Source of the DNA: an uncultured delta proteobacterium
GTDB lineage: Bacteria; Desulfobacterota; Binatia; UBA9968
NCBI GenBank assembly: GCA_963755715.1
Contig: CAVWLW010000073.1
Location: 97,152-161,151 of the forward strand
Direction: 5' to 3'
Length of the DNA: 64,000 nucleotides
Part shown: piece after piece, positions 1-9,801 of the stretch
Layout of the letters: each line of letters opens with the position of its first letter
How positions within the stretch are numbered: the stretch's first letter is position 1
Translations under genes and position numbers: made by a program
The notes under the pieces: model-generated
The model's database searches: none
What the model was told of the DNA's origin: nothing
The model's input: the letters and a program-made list of their open reading frames with translations, nothing else

Positions 1-1070
1 AAACCCGTTGAACGGCCATTCCGCTACGCCCGTCTACAGGGAAATCCTGAACGCGCACGCCGCCCCCCTTCGCCGTTTCCAGGCCGGAAAAGACTCCATC
101 CAAATCTTCCGTGTCCTTGAAGTCCTCCCTGAGGAGGGTCGCCGCGTTCGTGTAGTTCACGACAAATGTTTTGAAGAACGGGTCTTTGTTCCAGCGCTCA
201 CTGTTAATCACATAGTTGATGACGCCGCCCAGAAAGGCGATATCCGAACCCGCGCGCACCGGCGCGTAGATATCCGCTACAGCGCTGGTGCGGGTGAACC
301 GCGGGTCGATATGAATAATCTTGGCGCCGTGCTCGACTTTGGCCTTCATCGGCCACCGGAAGGCGACGGGATGGTTCTCCGCCATGTTGGAGCCCATGAC
401 CACGATGCAGTCGGAGTCGTACATGCTTCGGGGATAAAGGGTTGCCGCGCCGCGGCCAAATCGTGTCCCCAGACCGGGGACGCTAGAGCTGTGTCATATC
501 CGCGCCTGGTTCTCGATGGCGACAATCCCGAGCCCGCGCATGAGTTTCTGCTGAACGTGGTTGAACTCAATTTCGAGCGTGGCGCCGCCGAGGGAGAAGA
601 TCGCGGGCGTCATATTGACGAGCTTGCCGTTGGGAAGCTTCTCGATAAAAGTCTCGTCGCGCGTTTTCTTCACCAGCTCGGTGATCCGGTTCATCGCGCG
701 TTCGAGGTCCCATACCTCCCAATCGGTAGCCCCGGGCGCGCGGTGCAAAACCTGGGTCGGGCGGTTCGGGATTGACGTGGAGCTGAAAGATCGCCGCGCC
801 CTTGGGGCAGAGCGTCCCTTCATTATGCGGGCTGCGCGGATCGCCTTCGATGTTGACGATCTTGCCGTCGATGGTGTGGATGAGCGTGCCGCAGCCGACC
901 GAGCAATAGGGACAGACGCTCGGTGTCACCTTGGCATTTTTGATTCGTAGCTCTTGGGCTCGGGCAACAACCGGTCCGAGATTGACCCCGGAGCCGGCAA
1001 GTCCCGCCAATGCGGTACCCCCGGCTGCGCCAACAGAAAATCGGAGAAAGTCACGTCTGGAAACTTCCAT
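1..1070 (-). CDS. fdnG: Selenocysteine-containing formate dehydrogenase alpha subunit (FdnG/FdoG type), 5' part; runs off the left edge; one frameshift near 768-770
   Basis: Tat signal SRRDFL; 4Fe-4S motif CPYCSVGCG...LCPKG; reading through the in-frame TGA at 496-494 gives ENQARI-U-HSSSVPGLGTRFGRGAAT then DCIVVMGSNMAENHPVAFRW...IIHIDPRFTRTSA; removing one C from CCC at 768-770 joins the two ORF pieces (FQLHVNPNRPTQV). Confidence 0.92.
465..496 (-). promoter_or_regulatory. Sec UGA codon and bacterial SECIS hairpin
   Basis: mRNA UGA CAC AGC UCU AGC GUCCCC-GGUCU-GGGGAC: 6-bp stem, with the GGUCU at the same offset from UGA as in E. coli fdhF (UGA CAC GGC CCA UCG GUU GCA GGU CUG). Confidence 0.88.
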
Positions 1071-1958
1071 GGACGCACCTCCAATATTTACTGAGGGGTA
1101 GATAGAGCTAGATGAAGCAATAGACCAGACTAAACGCGCCTGTCAAGTAGCGTTAGGTCGTTTGTGGTAGCAAAATGGGCCTGGACAGGAATATTTGGTC
1201 TTTTCAACCTGCAGTGATCGAACTAAACCTCTCTGATCCCTTAACGATTGGCGCCGCTCCGCCGCGCAGCGATTCACTTCCCCAAACGCGCTGCTGCGAA
1301 GCGCGCCACTGACTTTAGCGGCGGTCCGATCAGCGGCAATTCGACCAACCGGTTGCGCAGCCGCATCATCGACGATCTGTGCACGTCGACAAGATCCTGT
1401 CGGGCGCCGTTTCGCTCGGCCTCCAGCAGCGGTTTTAGCTCGCAAAGTATCGACCTCGCGAGAAAGCTGTGCGCTTAACTCTACGTGGACGACGAAATGG
1501 AGATTTACTACGAAATTAGAAATCAAGATCAGAATCAAATGGTGCGGGCGATGAGAGAACGTTGATCCTGGATATACGGGTTGATACGAAAAACTACTCT
1601 TTGTCGCTAGACGCTGAGTTCGCTCGCAAAGTTAATGTGCCGAGAGACAGATCAAGTCAGAACTCTGACCTCCGCAACGCTTCGAGAACCCTCCGAGCAG
1701 TTCCGAATCTAACATAGCCAAAGGGCGACTGGATCCACGTGTCGTGGACCCTCGACACATGTCGCGTGGCCCCCTCGACACTTTCTTCGGCGTCACGATT
1801 GAGTAATCTGAATTTTCCGGTATTCATTCACTTTTCACGATCTTAGTTCAAAGGCGACCTTGACAGGTCTTTTGCGGATGCAAGAGAAGGCAAGTTCGAA
1901 GTCTGCCGATGCAGCGGCGGAAGCCAAAACCAAGGCAACTGAAAAGGGGTAATTAACC

Positions 1959-2561
1959 ATGAGATTAATATATTTTCCGGCGTGGCTCTTAGTCACTGTT
2001 TCGCTCTCTGCCTGTGCATCCATCCAGAGCGCGGGCGACATTGCTCAAGGAAGACAAGCTCTGTTCGAGGGCAACAACCAAGCCGCCCTCGGGTATTTTC
2101 AGGCTGCGGCGCAAGTGGATCCCAATTACCTATACGGCACCGACTTGCAGGAGGGAACTTTGAGCTTTCTCGGCAGAGCTCAATACCTGAACGGCGACTA
2201 TACGCGAGCGCGGTCGACGTTGGAAAAAGCGCTGGCTCAGCACAAGGACGACAATGTCGCGCGGCTTTACCTCGGGCTTACCCTGGCTCGCCAAGGCGAG
2301 ACGCAGAAGAGTTTGCAAGATATCGATGCGGGCATGAAAGGAATTTATGACTTTCTCGACTCCATAACCGACAGCTTCAGGTTCTCGTTTGTAAAAGATT
2401 GGGATCCAGGACGAGACATACGCTCCGCGATTGAAAGAGATCGCGCGATGATCGCGAGCGGGAAAATCGACTGGCCGGCACTTATTGCCGATGGAGAATG
2501 GATCGCGATGAATATTGAACGAGAACCGGACCTGCGTAAAAAGCCGACCGTGCACGATTAG
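1959..2561 (+). CDS. TPR-repeat lipoprotein, function unknown
   Basis: Lipobox LSAC after a hydrophobic leader; TPR-like helices (ALGYFQAAAQVDPNY, LGRAQYLNGDY..A...LEKAL, ARLYLGLTL); C-terminus may be frameshifted at the A run ~2538-2542. Confidence 0.75.
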   Translation: MRLIYFPAWLLVTVSLSACASIQSAGDIAQGRQALFEGNNQAALGYFQAAAQVDPNYLYGTDLQEGTLSFLGRAQYLNGDYTRARSTLEKALAQHKDDNVARLYLGLTLARQGETQKSLQDIDAGMKGIYDFLDSITDSFRFSFVKDWDPGRDIRSAIERDRAMIASGKIDWPALIADGEWIAMNIEREPDLRKKPTVHD

Positions 2562-2934
2562 TGCGCCAGCAAGAACATCAACGACACAGGTTCCGCTAAC
2601 CGATCTAAAAGAGTTAACCAGGATAAAGCTCAGCGGAGAGGTTCGCTGTGGAGAGGCGCGGCAGGTTTTTTGCGCGTGATTATCTGGTCGGCATCGCCCC
2701 AGATCAGGAAGCGCACGGCATTGGTCGGAGATTGAAAGGAGCTTTGCCGCCGTGGCAAGAACCAAGACAGAACTGCGCGAATAAATATCGCATGGCTTCA
2801 CCCGGGTCGAGGACGTTGCCTACGTTGGCCTTGGTCTGGTGGTTGCCGTAAGTCTGCTCATTTTGATGACAGTTTCACCCGGCCCCAGATGCGATCATGG
2901 GTGAGACTCGATGACCAGGGCCACGGGAAACGTT

Positions 2935-3207
2935 CTATTCGCACGCAAGGAAACCAAGGAGATCGCTCGCTTCAGCACAACTCAATCCATACTGATGCAT
3001 GAGCATTGCCGCCGCGTCTTGGCGGCGCCCTTCGAGCAGAGCCTGTCGCACGGCAGAGGGAATCTCTCCGTCCGGGAGGAGCAATGGCACAACTGAGAAA
3101 TGACCGGAGATCTTTCCAGGTTCGCTAAGTGGTTTCTGCTTGCGAGCGGGTCCTCGGGAGCCGTGGGTTGACCGTCGGATATCGCGCTTGCGATTTCTAG
3201 AGTTCAT
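2935..3207 (-). CDS. Hypothetical small protein (90 aa)
   Basis: GGAGG RBS upstream of ATG; basic N-terminus and helical C-terminus (AVRQALLEGRRQDAAAMLMHQYGLSCAEASDLLG). Confidence 0.45.
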   Translation of the reverse strand: MNSRNRKRDIRRSTHGSRGPARKQKPLSEPGKISGHFSVVPLLLPDGEIPSAVRQALLEGRRQDAAAMLMHQYGLSCAEASDLLGFLACE

Positions 3208-3440
3208 GCGATCGATTCCTCCGGATAGCTAAAACATTTTCTTGGATGATTTCCGAGCGTCTACCCAGGACAATAACACCAGCGTTCTCGAACCAACTCA
3301 TCGTGACCAATTCTCGTTGATCCCTTGATGACGCATGTCCAAAACAATGCACAAGGCCAAATCGCTGCCGTGCGCTCGGAACTAAGAGCGGCTGTGTGCG
3401 GCTGAAATTTCGCCCGCCGACACGTTCGTTCGCGTCGCGC

Positions 3441-3551
3441 TTAACCGCGTTTGCGAGCCAGCGCTCGCTGCGTCTCCCGGACGGCTGTGCGGACCCATAA
3501 AGTTGTTCCCGCCAGAAATACAATCGGCATGATCAGTGTAGCGAAGGTCAT
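3441..3551 (-). CDS. 36-aa single-pass membrane microprotein MTFATLIMPIVFLAGTTLWVRTAVRETQRALARKRG (absent from the ORF track)
   Basis: Hand-translated; AAGGAGAGGTGG RBS; consensus sigma54 promoter ~40 bp upstream; hydrophobic N-terminus and basic tail. Confidence 0.65.
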   Translation of the reverse strand: MTFATLIMPIVFLAGTTLWVRTAVRETQRALARKRG

Positions 3552-3589
3552 AGAATTCACCACCTCTCCTTATATCGCAGATACAAGTG

Positions 3590-3604
3590 GCAACGATCGT
3601 GCCA
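3590..3604 (-). promoter_or_regulatory. sigma54 -24/-12 promoter
   Basis: TGGCAC-GATCG-TTGC, a consensus match. Confidence 0.8.
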
Positions 3605-3700
3605 GAGCACCTCCAGTTTTTTGTTATCTGCAAATGATGAGAATCGCACGGGACACCAACGATCGCGTATTCACGTTAACCAAACCCTAGCTAAAGAGCA

Positions 3701-3734
3701 TGTCGCTCCATCGGCACACGCCGAAATAGTGACG
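3701..3734. promoter_or_regulatory. Tandem 16+2+16 enhancer-like site (candidate UAS)
   Basis: TGTCGCTCCATCGGCA-CA-CGCCGAAATAGTGACG, ~97 bp upstream of the 3590-3604 promoter. Confidence 0.6.
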
Positions 3735-3875
3735 TCCGGAAAAAGCGAGGATGTTTCATCGTGGCGGAGAACTCGCGCTAGTGATTGGACACGTGGGCTT
3801 GTCAGGTACGCCGACTTGGCGCGTCACTACTCTTCGATACCGGGGGCAACGGCTGGAAACGACCGGCCTCAAGCA

Positions 3876-3909
3876 AAAGCCTGATTCGACACCTGTCGAG
3901 TATAAGGCG
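3876..3909. promoter_or_regulatory. Tandem enhancer-like site (candidate UAS)
   Basis: AAAGCCTGATTCGACA-CC-TGTCGAGTATAAGGCG, ~100 bp upstream of the 4009 promoter. Confidence 0.55.
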
Positions 3910-4008
3910 CCATTTTTTCGTCACTAGTAACCGCGCACGCTCTTGCGAGATCACCATAACTTCCCACACCCTGCTATCCATAAGCGTTTTCTCGACATTG
4001 ATAGCGGG

Positions 4009-4023
4009 TGGCATATCGATTGC
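4009..4023 (+). promoter_or_regulatory. sigma54 -24/-12 promoter
   Basis: TGGCAT-ATCGA-TTGC, 40 bp upstream of the ATG at 4064. Confidence 0.8.
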
Positions 4024-4063
4024 GCTTAGGATCCTTCAACAATAACGAAAGGAGGTGAATCAA

Positions 4064-4366
4064 ATGAAAAACGCAAAATCACTTTTAGCCGCTCTGATTC
4101 TTCTCGGTAACATCATAGCGAGTGGTGCAGCTCTAGCCGCCGACGGTACTATTTCTAAGACCGAAGAGGTGCCGGGCAGCTACTGTCATGAGAAGTTTCC
4201 CGCGATAGAAGGAAAGAGTTTGGCTGACGACGACCCGGCGCTCAAAAGCAAGAAGTCAGGAGATGTCATCGACTACTACGGACCGTGCACTGAGAGTCCG
4301 GTCGGGCAAGATCAGGCGCAAGAGCAAAAATTGGAACGAGAACATCGCATGGAGAACAACTACTGA
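4064..4366 (+). CDS. Secreted two-cysteine protein, 'VIDYYGPC' family, copy 1
   Basis: AAGGAGGTGA RBS; signal peptide ending AALA-A; SYCHEKFPAI...SGDVIDYYGPCTESPVGQDQ; paralogue at 31018-31332. Confidence 0.85.
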   Translation: MKNAKSLLAALILLGNIIASGAALAADGTISKTEEVPGSYCHEKFPAIEGKSLADDDPALKSKKSGDVIDYYGPCTESPVGQDQAQEQKLEREHRMENNY

Positions 4367-4381
4367 AACGACTATTGCCGT

Positions 4382-4421
4382 AATGGTTGGAGGGGGGAGT
4401 AACGACCCCCTTCAGACCATT
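4382..4421 (+). terminator. Stem-loop just after the 4064-4366 gene (possible terminator or stabiliser)
   Basis: AATGGTTGGAGGGGG...CCCCCTTCAGACCATT imperfect inverted repeat; no clear U-tract. Confidence 0.35.
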
Positions 4422-4815
4422 GCCTCCAGCCGACAATTATCTTTCCCCGAAAAGATTGAAGAACGACGAAACCACTGCGGCGATCCAAATCGCACGAATT
4501 ATTTGCGACGGGGTGTCTTGGCATCGAAGATCAATGTCCCGGATATCACGTCAGAGAATCATGATCTGTCAGATTTGTCTCGTAGCAGATTTCAATCTTC
4601 GTACTCACGCCAATGAATGGGGCCCCCCCGAGGATGCTCCAGATAGTAGGTCTCACTGTTCTGTAGCACCGAGCATCCAGAAATCGCGACGAGAAGTAGG
4701 AAAATTAACAGCGCAGTGTACTTCATGATAGGTTGTCGTGGCGGTTTTTGAGCGCACCTGTCGTTCCGGTTGCACGGCGTTCGCTCCTTTCTGCTTCACC
4801 TTGACGGTTTTCTAG

Positions 4816-5040
4816 CTAGAAGGAGCTGACCTCTGATTCGACGCGAGTTTTGATTTCAATCTCGTTGACAAAGACGTACGTGCTAACACCACTGTCCCAT
4901 GCGACGCTAATAAGCTGACGCCCAAGGTTATCGATGACGCCCTGAATGGTCCCCTCGGTGAATCTCCCGAGCCGCCCCCCGTGGGTTCTGATCTCCTTCG
5001 TGGTGTGACATCTCATGCCCTTTTGGATTCCGTTGATCAT
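4816..5040 (-). CDS. Hypothetical 74-aa protein (beta-rich, possibly SH3/KOW-like)
   Basis: AAGGAGG RBS and its own sigma54 promoter; alternating hydrophobic pattern EGTIQGVIDNLGRQLISVAWDSGVSTYVFVNEIEI. Confidence 0.7.
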   Translation of the reverse strand: MINGIQKGMRCHTTKEIRTHGGRLGRFTEGTIQGVIDNLGRQLISVAWDSGVSTYVFVNEIEIKTRVESEVSSF

Positions 5041-5086
5041 TTGCGAATTCCTCCTTTTCGACGCCTCCAGATAATGACTTCAAAGG

Positions 5087-5101
5087 GCAATCCGTATGCC
5101 A
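5087..5101 (-). promoter_or_regulatory. sigma54 -24/-12 promoter
   Basis: TGGCAT-ACGGA-TTGC. Confidence 0.75.
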
Positions 5102-5162
5102 TCCAACGGCAAGATATTTCTGAGCGCCCGACGCGATTAATTATCGACCGGACGACGGCCCG

Positions 5163-5196
5163 AGTCGTCATATCGACGGACGTCAAAATGACGACT
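5163..5196. promoter_or_regulatory. Tandem enhancer-like site between divergent sigma54 promoters
   Basis: AGTCGTCATATCGACG-GA-CGTCAAAATGACGACT. Confidence 0.6.
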
Positions 5197-5298
5197 GAGT
5201 AACGTCAGTTTTCTTTTTGCGAAGTCATTATGAGGATCGCTGGCCGAGTCAATTCGTGAGCTTGCATGAGGATTGACCAGAGCCGGGCGGCGGCGCAT

Positions 5299-5313
5299 TG
5301 GAACAGGATTTGC
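5299..5313 (+). promoter_or_regulatory. sigma54 -24/-12 promoter of the mdtABC-nodT operon
   Basis: TGGAAC-AGGAT-TTGC; GG-N10-GC spacing kept. Confidence 0.65.
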
Positions 5314-5341
5314 CCTTACAAAGACGCTGAGTGAAAAGTTG

Positions 5342-6556
5342 ATGCAAGAAACTGAAAAGAACGACTTTCCAAAGCGGACGCGTTCCCTCACGTTGCTCAG
5401 ACACTGGAAGATTGGTTTGCTGGCGGTCTGTCTAGCGGCAGTGATTGCCTACGTTTTCTGGAGCAATTCCGGCGGAGCCCAATCGCGCGCCGCATCCCAA
5501 GGGCCGGTTTCCGGCGCGCAAAGCGTCCCGGTTGCCACAGTAGCAGCAAAAACCGGTTCCATCCCCGTCTACCTCACCGGCCTCGGCTCTGTTACCCCGC
5601 TCAACACTGTGACAGTCAAGACTCAGGTCAACGGGCAGCTCATGAGCGTCCGGTATCAGGAAGGCCAAATCGTTCGTGCCGGCGACTTGCTGGCTGAAAT
5701 CGACCCGCGCCCACTCCAGGCCCAGCTGACCGAGTTCGAGGGACAGCTGGCGCGTGACCAGGCTCTGCTGGACAACGCGCGCCTCGATCTCCAGCGTTTC
5801 ACAGTGCTCGTCCAGCAGAATGCAATTCCAAGGCAACAATACGATACGCAAGTATCCCTTGTGCACCAGCTCGAAGGCACCGTCAAAAACGATCAGGGAC
5901 TGATCGAGGGTGTTAAAGTGCAGCTTATCTACACCCGCATCACCGCGCCGGTCAGCGGGAGGGTCGGGCTGCGCCTGGTGGATCAAGGGAACTTCGTGCA
6001 AACGACTGACACCACCGGCCTGGTTGTGATCACGCAACTCCAGCCGATCACGGTGATCTTTACTGTCGCCGAGGACAACATTCCGGCCGTGCTCGACAAG
6101 CTCAAGCATGGGGTTCGGCTGCCGGTCGAGGCGTATGACCGCGCGCTGCAACGCCGCCTTGCCACCGGATACTTATTGACGGTGGATAATCAAATCGACG
6201 CGACCACCGGCACCGTCAGGCTGAAAGCGCTCTTTCCCAACGACGACAACGCTCTTTTCCCCAACCAGTTCGTAAACGCGAGACTCCTGGTGGAAACGCA
6301 ACACGAGGCCACGTTGATTCCGACGCCGGCCATTCAGCGCAACGCCCAGGGCGCCTTTGTCTACTTGGTGAAGCCCGACCAAACCGTGGCGCTGCATACG
6401 ATTTCGGTGGGCACAACCGATGGCGAAATGACGGCGGTAGAGGGATTAAAGGCCGGCGATGTCATTGCGGCCGACAATTTCGACAGGCTGCGCGACGGAG
6501 TCAAGATAGCCGCGCGAGATCGGTCGGCGAATGCGCACGGCGGGACCGGGGCGTGA
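5342..6556 (+). CDS. mdtA: RND periplasmic adaptor (MdtA/MuxA family)
   Basis: N-terminal TM; [21 protein letters not shown]; [21 protein letters not shown]; [11 protein letters not shown]. Confidence 0.9.
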   Translation: MQETEKNDFPKRTRSLTLLRHWKIGLLAVCLAAVIAYVFWSNSGGAQSRAASQGPVSGAQSVPVATVAAKTGSIPVYLTGLGSVTPLNTVTVKTQVNGQLMSVRYQEGQIVRAGDLLAEIDPRPLQAQLTEFEGQLARDQALLDNARLDLQRFTVLVQQNAIPRQQYDTQVSLVHQLEGTVKNDQGLIEGVKVQLIYTRITAPVSGRVGLRLVDQGNFVQTTDTTGLVVITQLQPITVIFTVAEDNIPAVLDKLKHGVRLPVEAYDRALQRRLATGYLLTVDNQIDATTGTVRLKALFPNDDNALFPNQFVNARLLVETQHEATLIPTPAIQRNAQGAFVYLVKPDQTVALHTISVGTTDGEMTAVEGLKAGDVIAADNFDRLRDGVKIAARDRSANAHGGTGA

Positions 6557-9500
6557 GTCCTTCTCGTCCGTTCATTCTTCGGCCGGTCGCGACGTCGTTG
6601 TTAATGGCAGCCATTCTACTCGTCGGCATCGCCGGCTATCTGCAATTGCCTGTTTCGGCGCTGCCGGAGGTCGACTACCCCACGATCCAGGTGCTGACTT
6701 TTTTCCCCGGAGCGAGTCCGGATGTCATGGCCTCCGGTGTTACCGCGCCGCTCGAGAGGCAGTTCGGTCAGGTACCGGGCCTAAACCAGATGACCTCGAC
6801 GAGCTCGGGCGGAAGCTCGGTCATCACGTTACAGTTCTCGCTTAACCTCGATATCGATGTGGCGGCGCAAGAGGTACAGGCGGCGATCAATGCAGCGCAG
6901 ACCTTTCTGCCCAGCGATCTTCCCAGTCCGCCCATCTACAGCAAAACCAACCCGGCGGATACGCCGGTTCTGACCTTGGCGTTGACATCGAATTCCATGC
7001 CGCTGTCGAAGGTACAGGACCTGGCAGATACACGCCTTGCTCAGAAGATCTCACAGTTGCCCGGTGTCGGACTGGTGACCATCAGTGGTGGCCAGAAGCC
7101 CGCTGTTCGGGTTCAAGCCAATCCCACGGCGCTCTCATCCTACGGCGTCAACTTGGAGGATGTGCGCACGGCGCTGCAGCAGACAAGCATCAATCGCCCC
7201 AAGGGCAACTTTGACGGGCCGCACCAGTCGTACCAAGTCGGCGCCAATGATCAGTTGTTGACGAGCAAGGAGTACCGGTCGGTTGTCGTCGCCTTTCGCA
7301 ACGGGGCGCCGGTCATGCTGTCGGATGTGGCAACGGTGATGGATGGCGTCGAGAATGTAAACCAGGCCGCGTGGAGGAACAACGTCCCGGCGGTCATCGT
7401 CAATATCCAGCGCCAGCCCGGCGCCAATATCATTCAGGTTGTCGATCGCATCAAAACGCTTTTGCCACAACTGAACAGTACGCTGCCCTCGTCCATTCAG
7501 GTCTCGGTTCTGACGGATCGCACCTTGACCATTCGCGCGTCGGTCGAGGACGTCCAGTTCGAGCTCATGTTGACCGTGGCGCTCGTGGTGCTGGTGATTT
7601 TTCTCTTCTTACGGAATGTCGCGGCGACGATCATCCCGAGTGTTGTGGTACCGCTGTCTCTCGTGGGCACGTTTGCCGTGATGTATCTGCTCGGCTACAG
7701 CCTCAACAACCTGACCCTCATGGCGTTGACGATCTCGACCGGTTTTGTTGTCGATGACGCGATCGTCATGATTGAGAACATCGTTCGTTACATCGAAGAG
7801 GGCGAGAAGCCGCTGGCGGCGGCGCTGAAGGGAGCGGAGCAAATCGGGTTTACCATTGTATCGCTGACGGTTTCGCTGATTGCCGTATTGATACCGTTGC
7901 TGTTCATGGGGGACATCGTCGGGCGCCTGTTCCGGGAATTTGCGATTACCCTCAGCGTCACCATTCTTGTCTCCGCAGTGGTCTCACTGACCCTCACTCC
8001 CATGATGTGCTCTAAGTTGTTGCGGCACAAATCCTCGAGCCAGCAGGGACGCCTTTACCGGGCATCGGAGCGCGCATTCGACAGTATCATCGAGTTTTAT
8101 GGCAAGACTCTCCGATGGGTGCTGCGCCACCAGACCGCGACTCTGTTTACGGCCGCTGCCACGCTCGCGCTGACCGCGTGGCTTTACATCATCGTCCCGA
8201 AAGGGTTTTTCCCGGTGCAGGATACCGGTGTGATCCAGGGCATTTCCGAAGCGCCCCAGACCACTTCCTTTCCTGCGATGGCCCAGAGACAGCAAGCCCT
8301 CGCTCAAGTCATTCTCAAGGATCCCGCGGTCGAGAGTCTTTCCTCGTTCATCGGTGCGGATGGCATCAACACCACCCTTAATAGCGGGCGCATTCTCATC
8401 AATCTCAAGCCGCTGGCCGAGCGCAGAATAAGCGCGACTGAGGTGATGCGCCGGTTGCAGCCGGCGTTGGCGAACGTCGACGGACATCAGGTTGTACATG
8501 CAGCCGGTGCAGGATTTGACCATTGAGGATCGGATCAGCCGAACGCAGTATCAGTATACGCTGGAAGATCCCGACGCGAATGAGTTGAGCCTATGGACCG
8601 CGCGGCTGGTCGACAAGCTCAAGGCGCTGCCTCAGCTCCGCGATGTCGCCACCGATCAGCAGACGGAGGGTTTGCAAGCGGCGCTTGTCATCGACCGCGT
8701 GACCGCTTCCCGGCTGGGGATCACGCCACAGATGATCGACGACGCCCTTTACGACGCCTTCGGTCAACGCCAGGTCTCAACCTTGTTCACACAGTTGAAT
8801 CAATATCACGTGGTGCTGGAAGCCCTGCCGGAGCTCCAGCAGAATCCGGCCAAATTGGCAGAGATCTATGTCCGTTCCTCAGCCACAGCTCCGACATCAC
8901 CACCGGCTACCGGTTCGGACGCGTCGGTCGCGATTGGACCTTCGACTTCAGCGGCGGCAACGGTAGGCTCATCCGCGCCTAGCACGACAACGAGTATTCC
9001 TACCACCTCCAACATCAATGGAGCGGCCGTGCCTCTCAGCACGTTTACTCATTTTGAGTCGGGCACCGCGCCCCTTGCCATCAACCATCAGGGGCAATTC
9101 CCTGTCGTCACCATTTCATTCAATCTCGCTCCCGGCGCCTCTTTGGGAGAGGCCACGAATGCAATTGAGCAGACGCGCAAGGAGCTTGGCATGCCGCTAA
9201 GCATCCAGGCGGCATTTCAAGGCACGGCAGAAGCGTTTCAAGCCTCGCTGGCCAATGAGCCAGTGCTCATTTTGGCAGCGCTGGTGACCGTCTACATCGT
9301 GCTCGGGGTTCTTTATGAGAGCTACATCCACCCGATCACGATTCTGTCCACCCTGCCCTCGGCCGGGGTGGGCGCGATTCTAGCACTGCTGATCTGCCGC
9401 TCGGAACTGAGCGTCGTTGCGCTCATCGGCATTATCCTGCTGATCGGCATCGTGAAAAAGAACGCGATCATGATGATCGATTTTGCGCTCGACGCCCAGC

Positions 9501-9799
9501 GCCATGGGGGCAAAAGCCCGGTGGACGCGATTTATCAGGCGTGTCTGCTGCGCTTTCGTCCCATCATGATGACCACCCTGGCCGCTCTCTTGGGTAGTCT
9601 GCCGCTGGCTCTCGGTTCCGGGATCGGTTCGGAATTGCGCCGGCCCCTCGGCATCACCATCGTGGGCGGACTGCTCCTGAGCCAACTCCTTACCCTATAC
9701 ACGACGCCGGTCATTTACATCTTCTTCGACCGGCTTGCCATGAAAACCTCAAAGTTCCGCGCCGGCCAAGAAGGCGCGGAGCCCGTTCCAGTGGAGTAG
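6553..9799 (+). CDS. mdtB: RND transporter MdtB/MuxB; frameshift near 8490
   Basis: [15 protein letters not shown]; [11 protein letters not shown]; [14 protein letters not shown]; [15 protein letters not shown]; ORFs 6553-8526 and 8492-9799 are consecutive parts of one protein. Confidence 0.9.
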
Positions 9800-9801
9800 C
9801 C

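Noticed and set aside
8-775. 255-aa plus-strand ORF and similar long antisense ORFs (5432-6151, 17858-18742, 57336-58340)
   Set aside because: Shadow ORFs opposite well-supported genes in GC-rich DNA, with no motifs.
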